A stretch of 26,177 bases of DNA, taken from positions 1 through 26,177 of the IMG/VR virus record IMGVR_UViG_3300042905_002719. One strand, given 5' to 3'. The stretch comes from a virus (taxonomy: Duplodnaviria; Caudoviricetes). Under the pieces are notes generated by a model. It was not told the origin of the DNA. It did no database searches and saw only the letters and a program-made list of their open reading frames with translations. The position numbers were made by a program, and so were the translations under genes. Positions 7,929-16,608 of this stretch are shown piece after piece; positions within the stretch are counted from its first letter, which is position 1, and every line of letters begins with the position of its first letter.

Positions 7929-8842
7929 CAGGTGACTCCGATGCCGAGCAGGGCGAAGTTGGTCTCGGCGTAGACCTGGTTGACGTACACGAACTTGGGC
8001 CGCTTGAGCTGCGTGGTGTCCGACACGGAGTCCTCGTACCGCACCCACATGTACTCGTGGCCTTTTTTGTTAACGCCGGTGACCGTGCCTACGGTGAGCG
8101 TGGGCATCGTTGTCCCGTCGGCGTTGCTCTGTGCGACAAACTTGTAGGACAGCGACCAGGGCGAGTTGCCCTTCTCGGCGTCCCAGTCCTGCGAACCGGT
8201 GCCGCCCAAGAACAGCACCTCGCCGGCGGCGAAGCCCCGAAACGCTGCGTTGTTAACCGTGCCGGTGAGCGCCGAAACCTTCTTGATGTAGTCGGTCGTT
8301 ACGTACGTAGCCGGGACGTCGTACGTCTCGGTCCACTGGAGCGCCGGAATCACGATGTCGACGCCCTGCACGCTGTCGCCGTCGACGCCGATGGCGCCCT
8401 GCTGATCGGGTGCCGTCCCGGACGGATACCGTTTCTCGGTGCTGTAGGTGCGGTCGGACGTGCCGGCGCCCAGCTGCGGCTGCTGCGTGATGTGCTGCGT
8501 GCCGCCGCTGGTGTCGAACGACCTCGAGCGACGCAGCGGGTCCGGCTTCTGGTCGTCGTCCGCACCGCGACTGACGTAGCTCACCGTCAGCTGCCACGCC
8601 TCATCGCCCAGGTAGTCGAGCGTGTAGCTCTCGGCCTGCAGCTTGTTCTGCGGCTGACCGGGGTACTCCCAGTAGAGGTAGCTGGTCCACAGCGTCACGT
8701 TGACGTCGTCGTGTACGGCACGGTCGTCGGTCGTGCCGAAAATCTTCCACGACTTCTTGTACGTGTTCTGGCTGCGCTGGCCCAGACGGTAGATCGTCGC
8801 CGACCGGCTCGCGGAGTCCTCGACCCATGTGTATGTCGGCAT
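7928..8842 (-). CDS. Tail-tip structural protein following tape measure (distal-tail/hub position), 304 aa
   Basis: Position immediately after TMP; beta-rich Thr/Tyr/Trp composition; LTGTVNNAAFRGFAAGEVLFLG and KKGHEYMWVRY blocks; function assigned by synteny only. Confidence 0.7.
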   Translation of the reverse strand: MPTYTWVEDSASRSATIYRLGQRSQNTYKKSWKIFGTTDDRAVHDDVNVTLWTSYLYWEYPGQPQNKLQAESYTLDYLGDEAWQLTVSYVSRGADDDQKPDPLRRSRSFDTSGGTQHITQQPQLGAGTSDRTYSTEKRYPSGTAPDQQGAIGVDGDSVQGVDIVIPALQWTETYDVPATYVTTDYIKKVSALTGTVNNAAFRGFAAGEVLFLGGTGSQDWDAEKGNSPWSLSYKFVAQSNADGTTMPTLTVGTVTGVNKKGHEYMWVRYEDSVSDTTQLKRPKFVYVNQVYAETNFALLGIGVT

Positions 8843-8845
8843 GCG

Positions 8846-10900
8846 TCAGGTCCCCACCAGTGCCGGGTCTTCGTCCGTGTTGTCCGCGATCCGCTCTAGC
8901 AGGTCGACCTGCTGCTGTGCGAGCGACTTTGCAAACCCGAGGCCGCTGGCCGCTGCAGCAGAGAACGTGCCGACCACCTCACCGCGCTCCATGCCGGCGG
9001 CAGCGGCGCCAGCACCTTCCCGGATGCGTTGCTCGTTTCCGCCGGCGGCTCGCTCGGCTGCACGCTCCGCTGACGCTGCCAACGCCTCGGCCAGTGCAGC
9101 CTGGGCATCTTGCGTGGCACTGCGACGGTCGGCGGCTCGCTGCGCGTTGGTGGCCAGCCGGCCTTGGGCGGTCGCGTCGGCTCCGGCATTCATCGCATCG
9201 ATGTTGCGCTGTGCTTCTGCGGCCATCTGTGCGTTTTGCTGCGACGCCGTCTCCATGCGGCTTGCCACGCCTGGGCGGGCCTGTGCACGAGCTGCGGCAC
9301 GTGCTGACATCTCGTCATTGACCTTGGCATTCTCCCTGGCCAAGTCGTATCCGCGCTTGATGAAGGACTGCACATAGTTCCAAGATTTGCGGACGGCGGC
9401 TTCCATCGTGTCCCAAGCCGCCAGAATGCCGTTGATGACGTTGTCGAAGGCGCCCTGCAGGATCGCACCGAACGTGTTGGCACCCTGCACCACGTACGAC
9501 CACATGCCTTCCCACGTCGTGGCCACGGCCGTGCCCAGATACGTCCACGTGTTCTGGAACGTCGCCACCCACGAGTCGACCTGCCCCATAAGGGCCTCGA
9601 CGCCTCGCGCCCAGCCGGCCTGTAGCCCGAGCCACAGAATGTCCATGGCGCCCGCCAGATTGCCGGCGGCCAGCTCTTGGTACACGCCGTCGAACGTGGC
9701 GGTGGCGGTCGCGCCCAGGTCGCGTAGCACGCCCATGGCGTTGTTGCCGGCATCGACGAATGCTCCGCCGATGGCCGATGCGATCTGGTGAAAGCCGCCA
9801 GCTGCGTAGATGGCAGCACCCGCCACGGCGCCCAGCAGGCCTACGGCGATCGCCAGCGGGGCGTTGGCGGCCACCCAGGCGGCCAGGCTGGTAGCCGCGG
9901 CCACGGTCGTTTTCACGCCGTACAGCACGGCACCGGCGGCCGCGGACACAAACGAGGCCGCGAGCTGGTAGGCAACCTTGACCGTCGACACCAGCGGCGA
10001 CACTAGCGCCGCCACGCCGGTCGACAGCGTCTTGACCGCAAAGCCGGCGGCCGTGAGTGTGCCGCCGACCGCCACCATCGCGGCCCCCACGGCCAACGCC
10101 TGCTGCACGAAGACCTTGTTTTCGCTGATGTACCTCGACACCTGGCCGACAAGGATTGCGATCGACGACGACAGTCCCGCCATGGCCGGCGCGACGGCTG
10201 CGCCCACCGTGACGGTCACGGCCTTGAGCGCCGTCATCAGCTCGCCGATCGAGTCGTTGAGTCGTGCCGCGGAGTCGGCCGTCTCCTGATCCATCACGAT
10301 GCCGAGCTGCTCGGCCTGCTGCATGAGCGCCCGGATGCCGCCGGCACCGTCCTCGAGCATGGGCAGGATCGCGGTGCCGGCACGGCCGAAGACGGCCATC
10401 GCCAAGGCCGCCCGCTCGCCCGGGTCCTGCACCTGCGCGAGCGCGTCGGACAACGCCAGAAACTGATCCTCGGGCGACAGCTGCTTGAGCGCGTTGACGT
10501 CAACGCCGAGCCGTTCAAACGCCTTGGCGGCGGCCTTGCCACCCTGCGATGCCGTGTCGAGCGTCCGCTGCATCGTGCGGATGCCCTTTTCTAGCGTGCC
10601 GATGTCGGTACCCGACTGCCCGGCCGCAAAACCAAACGCGGACACAGCCTCCGTCGACAGGCCGGTGCGCGCGGCCATCTTCTGCACCGCGTCACCAACC
10701 TCGGAGAATGCAGCCGCCGCGCCAGCGATCGGTGCCGTGATCGCGCTGCCGGCGGCCATCAGCCGGCTGCCGATGGACATCATCGACGAGCCGAGCTGCC
10801 CCATTCGCTTGTTGATCGTGCCGAGGGCCGCGAACAGCTTCTTCGGGTCCGCGCCGATCTCGACGTAGACCTTGCCCTGGCGGACTGCGTTGGCACTCAT
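8846..10900 (-). CDS. Tail tape measure protein (684 aa)
   Basis: Long Ala-rich helical protein, TP901-like core (GDAVQKMAARTGLSTE...ALAMAVFGRAG..ILPML), central hydrophobic stretch, periodic Trp/Phe region; follows tail chaperone. Confidence 0.92.
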   Translation of the reverse strand: MSANAVRQGKVYVEIGADPKKLFAALGTINKRMGQLGSSMMSIGSRLMAAGSAITAPIAGAAAAFSEVGDAVQKMAARTGLSTEAVSAFGFAAGQSGTDIGTLEKGIRTMQRTLDTASQGGKAAAKAFERLGVDVNALKQLSPEDQFLALSDALAQVQDPGERAALAMAVFGRAGTAILPMLEDGAGGIRALMQQAEQLGIVMDQETADSAARLNDSIGELMTALKAVTVTVGAAVAPAMAGLSSSIAILVGQVSRYISENKVFVQQALAVGAAMVAVGGTLTAAGFAVKTLSTGVAALVSPLVSTVKVAYQLAASFVSAAAGAVLYGVKTTVAAATSLAAWVAANAPLAIAVGLLGAVAGAAIYAAGGFHQIASAIGGAFVDAGNNAMGVLRDLGATATATFDGVYQELAAGNLAGAMDILWLGLQAGWARGVEALMGQVDSWVATFQNTWTYLGTAVATTWEGMWSYVVQGANTFGAILQGAFDNVINGILAAWDTMEAAVRKSWNYVQSFIKRGYDLARENAKVNDEMSARAAARAQARPGVASRMETASQQNAQMAAEAQRNIDAMNAGADATAQGRLATNAQRAADRRSATQDAQAALAEALAASAERAAERAAGGNEQRIREGAGAAAAGMERGEVVGTFSAAAASGLGFAKSLAQQQVDLLERIADNTDEDPALVGT

Positions 10901-11181
10901 GTGTTCACCTCATGCCAATTCGGCCCGAGCAGCTTGCGGATCTCGTCGGGCGTCGCCTGGCGAGGCGCTGCCTTTTTCGCGAACGGGTTGAACTCGATCG
11001 GCTTGGCTTGCGGCTGTCCCTTGCTGCGGTGCAGGTTGGCCTGCTGACTCATGAGCCACGCGACCCGCCACCACTCCTGCTCTAGACGAGCGTCGCGAGC
11101 GGCGAAGAGTCCACGGATGGTCCATTCATCTGGGTTGACTCCGAGGATTCCTGCGGCCTCGTAGATGGCGTCCCAGATTGT
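10897..11181 (-). CDS. gpT-like C-terminal extension of tail assembly chaperone, reached by -1 frameshift (not in ORF track)
   Basis: Frame open 11343->10897; reads TIWDAIYEAAGILGVNPDEWTIRGLFAARDARLEQEWWRVAWLMSQQANLHRSKGQPQAKPIEFNPFAKK...HEVNT*, stop overlaps TMP ATG (ATGA); it is the -1 frame of 11082..11660 and has no ATG before its protein-like part. Confidence 0.75.
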   Translation of the reverse strand, partial: TIWDAIYEAAGILGVNPDEWTIRGLFAARDARLEQEWWRVAWLMSQQANLHRSKGQPQAKPIEFNPFAKKAAPRQATPDEIRKLLGPNWHEVNT

Positions 11182-11660
11182 GCGAGTAGGGACTCGACCG
11201 TCGTCTGTTGCAGTTGCGCCTCCGCCCGATTGGCCAGCTCGGCCTGCAGCTCGTCCATTCGCTCGACGAGCTGCTTGATCATGCGGCGAAGGCGGAGGGG
11301 GAAAAAATCGACCAGCTCCTCCTCGAGCGCACGCTGCGCCGCCTCAAGCGAGTCACCACGCAGCGACTCCAGAAACTCTTCCTTGGTCAGCTTGCGCTCG
11401 TCGACCTGTCGGCAGAGGATCGCGTAGAGCACCTCGCCGATCGTCGTGTACCGTGAGCGGATGACCTCCAAGGCTCGTCCGATCGTCGACACGTCGATCA
11501 AGTCGAACGGAATGGACCGGTCGACCTTGCAGACAGAGCCGTCCGGATGCTCTTCGTCCTCTTGGACGTCGATACGCACTAGATCCTTGACTCGAGCGGC
11601 CGCACCGCACGTCATCACGACGCGCCACGGGCGGCCTTCGTCGTCCTTGAACTCACGCAT
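11082..11660 (-). CDS. Tail assembly chaperone (gpG-like), 192 aa
   Basis: Start re-assigned to ATG 11660 (MREFKDDEGRPW, AGGAG upstream); between tail tube genes and TMP; EEELVDFFP motif and S/T/P-rich tail typical of an overlapped frame. Confidence 0.8.
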   Translation of the reverse strand: MREFKDDEGRPWRVVMTCGAAARVKDLVRIDVQEDEEHPDGSVCKVDRSIPFDLIDVSTIGRALEVIRSRYTTIGEVLYAILCRQVDERKLTKEEFLESLRGDSLEAAQRALEEELVDFFPLRLRRMIKQLVERMDELQAELANRAEAQLQQTTVESLLAQSGTPSTRPQESSESTQMNGPSVDSSPLATLV

Positions 11661-11662
11661 GG

Positions 11663-12016
11663 TCAGCTCCTGAGCCCAGACCTGGTCAACGCACACTCGA
11701 CGGTCCAGCTCGTCGCCCCGTCGAGCGGGTTGGTCTCGCTGATGCCGGTAACGACAGCGTCGAAGGACCAGCCGGCTTCCCCGCCAGATACGGCCACGAG
11801 CGTGCCGTCGAGTAGCAGATCGAGATCCATGTCACCGTCGTCGTTGATCTCAAACGACACGGTCGCAGCCCAGCCGGTGGAATACACGGCCTGCTCGCGC
11901 GACCCATACTCCTCGATCTCGATCGTGCGGGCTGTCGCTGTCCACGTGACGTTTCGCACGCTCGCGATGACGTCGCCGACGGTCAGCGTCGCGTCCTTGC
12001 CGAGCGTGATCGCCAC
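11663..12016 (-). CDS. Tail tube-like protein, paralogue 3 (117 aa)
   Basis: MAITLGKD...SVRNVTWT...IEIEEYG...VVTGISETNPLDGATSWTV; similar to the two upstream genes. Confidence 0.75.
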   Translation of the reverse strand: MAITLGKDATLTVGDVIASVRNVTWTATARTIEIEEYGSREQAVYSTGWAATVSFEINDDGDMDLDLLLDGTLVAVSGGEAGWSFDAVVTGISETNPLDGATSWTVECALTRSGLRS

Positions 12017-12019
12017 GAG

Positions 12020-12343
12020 TCAGATGCCTCCCCGACGCGCGGTGATCGTGTACGTCACGGCGCCGTCGATGGACACGTTCTCGGTGACACCCATCACCAC
12101 GAAGTTGCTCGTCGCGGTGTTGCTGACGAGCTGAGTTATGACGCCCGTGGCGTCGTGGCACTCGATCTCCCACGTCTGCGACTTGAATCCGGTATCGAAG
12201 GCGCGATAGCCGACCGTGCCGGTGCCGACGTTGCTACGGTTGGACACGTCGACGACCTCGGCCTCCTCGGTGTACGTGGCCGAGATGACGTCGGTGCCGA
12301 ACGGTGGGGCGCTCGCCGCCTTGAAGCCGAGGGTGATCGCCAT
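12020..12343 (-). CDS. Tail tube-like protein, paralogue 2 (107 aa)
   Basis: MAITLG...EAEVVDVSN...WEIEC...FVVMGVTENVSIDGAVTYTITA. Confidence 0.75.
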   Translation of the reverse strand: MAITLGFKAASAPPFGTDVISATYTEEAEVVDVSNRSNVGTGTVGYRAFDTGFKSQTWEIECHDATGVITQLVSNTATSNFVVMGVTENVSIDGAVTYTITARRGGI

Positions 12344-12355
12344 GGTGGTCTCCGG

Positions 12356-12679
12356 TCAGGTCTGGGTCTTGTATCGCTGGGCGCTGACGGTGTACGTGAT
12401 GATGCCGTCGATCGGCTGCGACTGGGCCACGTTCGTCACGACGAATTCGACGGCGTTGCCAGTCGTCGTGCCGGTGAGCGTGAACGTCTGGCCGACGTCC
12501 TTGCCCGGGTCGTCGACGCACTCTACCTCGATGGTCTGTTCGACCATGGCCTTGACGAAGGTCCGAAACGTGTCACCGAACTTGGTGACGTCGACCTCGT
12601 TTGCGGTGTTGTTCACGGTGATCGATCGGGCATTCGACAGGCCCGAGATCGTGACGTCCTTGCCGAGCGTGACGGCCAT
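12356..12679 (-). CDS. Tail tube-like protein, paralogue 1 (107 aa; probable major tube)
   Basis: EVDVTKFGDTFRTFV tube-protein hairpin pattern, FVVTNVAQSQPIDGIITYTVSA; AGGAG RBS and own promoter-like motif; position before chaperone/TMP. Confidence 0.8.
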   Translation of the reverse strand: MAVTLGKDVTISGLSNARSITVNNTANEVDVTKFGDTFRTFVKAMVEQTIEVECVDDPGKDVGQTFTLTGTTTGNAVEFVVTNVAQSQPIDGIITYTVSAQRYKTQT

Positions 12680-12699
12680 GTGTGGCTCCTGCTGGTGTC

Positions 12700-12744
12700 A
12701 CTGGCAGGGTACGGCCAGGCGACGCGGCTGCCGCAGGGGGTGTG
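12700..12744 (-). promoter_or_regulatory. Putative phage promoter for tail tube operon (motif copy 3, leadered)
   Basis: Minus strand CACACCCCCT(..12735)-N23-TACCCT(12711-12706); predicted start ~12699, then AGGAG RBS and ATG 12679. Confidence 0.6.
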
Positions 12745-12749
12745 GACCG

Positions 12750-13487
12750 TTAGGCCGCGCGGATGGTGTCGCGGAACCGCGTAAAAATGCGGGCCACGAC
12801 CTTCTGGACACCGGCGGCGCCCTGCATGAACGGCCGCTTGGGATAGCTCACTGACCGCGTGATCGTGGTCTTATCCCAGTTGCTCGCACCCCGGAATCCC
12901 TTGTGAGTCCACAGGATCGCGCCATAGTCGTAGTCGCCGCTGGAACGTCTCGGGATCGGCTTGCCGGCATCCCGCGCATCCTTCGCACGCCTGGCGGCGC
13001 CAACGCCGATCCGCCACGCCGTCAGCGTCAGGGACCCGCCAAACTCGTGCAGCCGGCCAAGCCAGTCGGACTTAAGTGTGCCGATGACGACGCTGCGTGT
13101 AGTCCCGTCCCAGTAGTACATGATGTCGTTGTAGAGCCAGCGCTTTGGCGCCCACGACTTTGGCGGCTTGCCGGCTGGCCGCGGCTTGCCGCTGCCAAGC
13201 ATCGTGAGGTCTCGGTACAGGCCGTTCATGAACTCGACGACTGCCCCGGCCTTGACCTCGCGCTGCCCGGCCTTGGTGCGCTTGGGTGCGTTTTGACCGA
13301 TGCCCTTTTTCGACGCCTGGCGGATGTCCATACCGGCCTTTTTGAGCGCCTCGTAGTTGGCTCGCTCGAGCAGCCGGCGAACCTTGGAGCGGTCGAAAAA
13401 CTGTCCCTTGACCCGCGCGGTGATCGCCCGCTGGCTCGCGGTCGCGGCCGACACTGGCCGGCGGTTTCCGCCACGTCGGCCGGCCAT
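12750..13487 (-). CDS. Basic neck / tail-completion protein (HK97 gp10 / virion morphogenesis-like), 245 aa
   Basis: Start re-assigned to ATG 13487 (TGATG); FFDR..V, SVVIG, LHEFGG and YPKRPFM motifs; Arg/Lys-rich. Confidence 0.75.
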   Translation of the reverse strand: MAGRRGGNRRPVSAATASQRAITARVKGQFFDRSKVRRLLERANYEALKKAGMDIRQASKKGIGQNAPKRTKAGQREVKAGAVVEFMNGLYRDLTMLGSGKPRPAGKPPKSWAPKRWLYNDIMYYWDGTTRSVVIGTLKSDWLGRLHEFGGSLTLTAWRIGVGAARRAKDARDAGKPIPRRSSGDYDYGAILWTHKGFRGASNWDKTTITRSVSYPKRPFMQGAAGVQKVVARIFTRFRDTIRAA

Positions 13488-13933
13488 CAGCGGAACGTCC
13501 TGTAGGTGGCCGTGATCACCGCCCGCCACACGTTGCGGTCGTGCAGTGCGTCGTCCGGGTTCACCTCGATCGCGACCTCGACAGGCGTGGTCACGCCGCT
13601 TGGCCAGACGACCGCCTGGTCCCAGCTGTGTGCCCGGATCGCGTCCGCGATCTCCTCGGCCAGGTCCAGCATGTCGTCGGCCATCTCGTCCGACGGCGTG
13701 TGCCGGCCGACGAAGACGGTCGCCTGGTAGTCGTACTGGTGGTGCGTGCGGTCGACTCGCTCGATCGTCAACGTGCCCGGCATGACCGCGATCACCGGGT
13801 CGACCATCTCCTCGATGGTGTAGTCCGGCCAGTTGACCCGCTCGACGGCCGGCTGCGTCGCCACCGACGTGAACGTCTCGGCGTCTAGGCCGTCGGCAAG
13901 AGCGTCGGCAATCTCACGCAGCGTGCTGCTCAT
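13487..13933 (-). CDS. Tail terminator-like protein (148 aa)
   Basis: Acidic alpha/beta protein (IADALAD...MLDLAEEIADAIR...VITATY) in the neck block. Confidence 0.7.
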   Translation of the reverse strand: MSSTLREIADALADGLDAETFTSVATQPAVERVNWPDYTIEEMVDPVIAVMPGTLTIERVDRTHHQYDYQATVFVGRHTPSDEMADDMLDLAEEIADAIRAHSWDQAVVWPSGVTTPVEVAIEVNPDDALHDRNVWRAVITATYRTFR

Positions 13934-14960
13934 GGGCCTCGATCTGCTCCACGTTCTTGACCAGCCGCGGGTCGTCCGGGCATCGTCGCACAGCCTCGCG
14001 TGCGTACTGCAGGGCTTGTGGGTGCTTGCCTAGATTCCATGCAGCCACGGCCGCCAGGTCGTAGGCCTTGGTGACAGCGTCCGGATCGGTGGCGTGCGTC
14101 GACTCGCCGGTGGCCTGCATGGCCGCCTCCGCGAACGTCAGGCACTCGACCCACTCCTGCCGCTGGTAATGCACCCACGCGAGCTGCTGCCACGCGTCGG
14201 GCTCCGCCTTCGCTTCGTAGGCCGCCCGGTGCAGGTGCCGCTCGTCCTGCGTCAGCCTGTACAGGGCGCGGTAGGCGTACGACCGCTCGGTCGGCGTGCC
14301 CGGGAGTCCGAGGTAGTGCGCAAACGTCGCCGCGGCGGCCGGGTGCCCGACCCATTCCTGCTCACGGGCTAGGTACCAGTGAGCACGGGCGTCGTGCGGC
14401 GCCTCGCGGACGGCGACCTCGAGCAGCTCGAGGTCCGTCTTGTGCCGCTTGCCCGGCGTCCGGTGGTGGTGGATCTCCAGTCCGTCGGCGACGGCCTGCA
14501 CCTTTTCGCCCGACCAGCACACGAGCCCCTCGTGCGTCGGTGCCGACCACCGGAATCCGCGGCGGGCGTGGACGCGGTCCGAAAGGAACACAAGCCCGGG
14601 CACGCCAGGTGACTTCCACGACCACACGTACCGGTACCGCAGGTTGTTGACGTTGCCAGTCCACGCCCGCTCGATCGCCTCCCGCCACCCGGGTTGCAGC
14701 CGCTCGTCGAGGTCCAGCCGCACGCACACGTCCACGTCGTCCGGCAGGTGGTACAGCGACAGGTTGTGTGCGTCGTCCCACCGCCACGGGATCACGTTGC
14801 CCGTCATCACCGTGATGCCGCAGGACCGCAGCCGCTCGGGCGTTGAGTCGGTCGACCCGGTGTCCGTGACGATCACCACGTCGGCGCCGTCGGTCGACTC
14901 GGCCCAGTCGATCGCATGGGACTCCTCGTTCTTGGCGAGCGCGTAGATGCCGATTTTCAT
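13914..14960 (-). CDS. Glycosyltransferase family 2 with C-terminal TPR repeats (348 aa)
   Basis: Start re-assigned to ATG 14960 (ATGA); IYALAKNEE, DTGSTD, LDLDE (DxD), THE, then PHDARAHWYLARE and further TPR-like helices. Confidence 0.88.
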   Translation of the reverse strand: MKIGIYALAKNEESHAIDWAESTDGADVVIVTDTGSTDSTPERLRSCGITVMTGNVIPWRWDDAHNLSLYHLPDDVDVCVRLDLDERLQPGWREAIERAWTGNVNNLRYRYVWSWKSPGVPGLVFLSDRVHARRGFRWSAPTHEGLVCWSGEKVQAVADGLEIHHHRTPGKRHKTDLELLEVAVREAPHDARAHWYLAREQEWVGHPAAAATFAHYLGLPGTPTERSYAYRALYRLTQDERHLHRAAYEAKAEPDAWQQLAWVHYQRQEWVECLTFAEAAMQATGESTHATDPDAVTKAYDLAAVAAWNLGKHPQALQYAREAVRRCPDDPRLVKNVEQIEAHEQHAA

Positions 14961-15505
14961 GTGGTGATCACCGCACATTGCCGCAGGCCGTCGTCGATCC
15001 ACCTGGCCGGCCGCTTGGCCTGGTCAAGGAACTCGAGCACCGCCCGCCGCACGTGCGGGTTGTCGCAGTCGTCCGCCAGGATCACCGGGCACGCGGCCAC
15101 CAGCCGCAGGTCCCGCAGGGCACCCTGGTAGGAATGGTCGCCGTCGACGTGGGCAAAGTCCGCCCGCGGCAGCTCGCGGACGTGCTGCGTGTCCACGACG
15201 ACGAGCTGGGCATCGATGCCGCGGCGGGCTCGGACGGCGTGCCAGTGCCGCAGGCACTCGGGCGAGTCGTCGTCGAGGCCGCCGTCGATGCACAGGTACC
15301 GTGCCATCGGTGCCGCCACGGCGAACGCCGCGAGCGAGTAGCCAGCCCTGGTGCCGATCTCGATCACGCTGCCCGGTGCGAACTCGGCACACACGGCGGC
15401 CTTGTTGGCGTAGTGGCCGGCGACCTCGTCCGTCAGGCGGAACCAGTCGCCCGTCCGCCAGACGTCGACCAAGGCTGCCAGCACCTGCTCCCTACTCGGT
15501 GGCAT
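14957..15505 (-). CDS. Class I SAM-dependent methyltransferase (Methyltransf_24-like), 182 aa
   Basis: VIEIGTRAGYS motif I, CIDG, HVDGDHSYQG..RDL and ILADD. Confidence 0.85.
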   Translation of the reverse strand: MPPSREQVLAALVDVWRTGDWFRLTDEVAGHYANKAAVCAEFAPGSVIEIGTRAGYSLAAFAVAAPMARYLCIDGGLDDDSPECLRHWHAVRARRGIDAQLVVVDTQHVRELPRADFAHVDGDHSYQGALRDLRLVAACPVILADDCDNPHVRRAVLEFLDQAKRPARWIDDGLRQCAVITT

Positions 15506-16568
15506 CGAGCACCTCCCAGACGGCGTCGGCCGGCAGCTCGCACACCCACGCCTCCGCGTCGTGCACGCCGTAGGACACGATCACGCGGTCGCCTTGGACC
15601 GCAAGGCCGGCGGCGAACTCGATCACCCGCAGCTCGCGGAACGAGAACCAAGGGGAGACCCGCGCGAGCCGCAGGCCGGCGTCGAGCCAGATGAACCGAT
15701 GCTCGTACACACGCTGCGAGCCGACGTAGCACACCTCGTGCACGCACCCAAGCCAACCGTCTCGGAAGGGCACGAGCTGTGACCCGCCCCGGAACCGCTT
15801 GGCCAGCGGCGTCGTCGCACCGCGCCTCGACAGCACGTAGCCGCCTGGCAGCTCGGGATTGGCGTCGACCGTGACCAGGTGGCCGTCGTGGTGGCAGCCG
15901 TAGAGCCAGCCGCCAGGCGCTGCGAGGATCGGCATCCAGTTTTTTTCGTGCTCCTGCGTTGACACGCTGTCGAGCACCCGCAGCTGCGACATGGTTGCCG
16001 AGCGGACGTCGAGGTCAGCCGTGGCGATCCGGCAGCGGCCGTCGGTCCACGGTGCCGCGTTCCGCACCGTCGCCGACACGCCCAGACCGGTTTCGGTGTG
16101 CCGCAGCCGGCAGTCCTCGAGGCCGTGCACTGGGTAGCCGCTCGTCGGGTACTCCGGGGCGACGATGTGCCGCTGACTGACGACGCCGAGGTCCTGGCTG
16201 AACCGAACCAGGATGTTTTCGGTGCGGATGACGCCGCCGTCCGCCTCGGGCATTCGGTACTGATGGTCGACGATCTGGTAGTTGCTCGACCGCACGATCC
16301 CGATCAGGTCGCCAGCCACGACCGCGATCGTCGGGTTAAAGGTCGACCACCCGTCGTGCACCGGCTCCACGGCGATCCTGACGTGCCGAACCGCTGGCAC
16401 CAGCTCGGCCAGGAGCGGCGTGTACCACGCGCGGTTGCTGCGGGCGAGCTGCTCGGTCTCGACCGCCAGGCCGGGCACGGCCAGCAACTGCTCGGCCGCG
16501 CGGCGGCCGGCGGCGATCTCGTCGCAGTAGTAGGCGTGCTGCAACAGCCCGGCGAGGTGCTCCACCAT
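15492..16568 (-). CDS. Five-bladed beta-propeller carbohydrate-active enzyme (GH130/GT91-like), 358 aa
   Basis: Start re-assigned to ATG 16568 (MVEHLAGLL); FNPTI, GLEDCRL, EKNWMP, RGGSQL, YEHRF, IEFAAGL, SYGVHD motifs. Confidence 0.7.
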   Translation of the reverse strand: MVEHLAGLLQHAYYCDEIAAGRRAAEQLLAVPGLAVETEQLARSNRAWYTPLLAELVPAVRHVRIAVEPVHDGWSTFNPTIAVVAGDLIGIVRSSNYQIVDHQYRMPEADGGVIRTENILVRFSQDLGVVSQRHIVAPEYPTSGYPVHGLEDCRLRHTETGLGVSATVRNAAPWTDGRCRIATADLDVRSATMSQLRVLDSVSTQEHEKNWMPILAAPGGWLYGCHHDGHLVTVDANPELPGGYVLSRRGATTPLAKRFRGGSQLVPFRDGWLGCVHEVCYVGSQRVYEHRFIWLDAGLRLARVSPWFSFRELRVIEFAAGLAVQGDRVIVSYGVHDAEAWVCELPADAVWEVLDATE

Positions 16569-16608
16569 GCCGCCATCGTGACCAGCGGCCGGCAGGCGGC
16601 AGAGGGGG
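16569..16608 (-). promoter_or_regulatory. Putative phage promoter, leaderless type (motif copy 4)
   Basis: Minus strand CCCCCT(16608-16603)-N22-CACGAT(16580-16575)-N6-ATG(16568); no Shine-Dalgarno. Confidence 0.55.

Noticed and set aside
355-8899. Long plus-strand ORFs such as 355..1452, 3530..4348, 3805..4815, 5662..6429 and 7859..8899
   Set aside because: Fully overlap well-supported minus-strand genes; Arg/Pro/Ala-rich shadow translations expected in high-GC DNA
10910-11125. 71-aa ORF offered by the track between chaperone and tape measure
   Set aside because: Wrong frame; the protein-like sequence is in the frame ending at 10897 that couples to the TMP start
11663-13933. Multiple tube genes as sign of a contractile injection system or myovirus
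   Set aside because: No sheath, baseplate wedge or VgrG/PAAR-like genes; capsid and lambda-type chaperone/TMP arrangement are present
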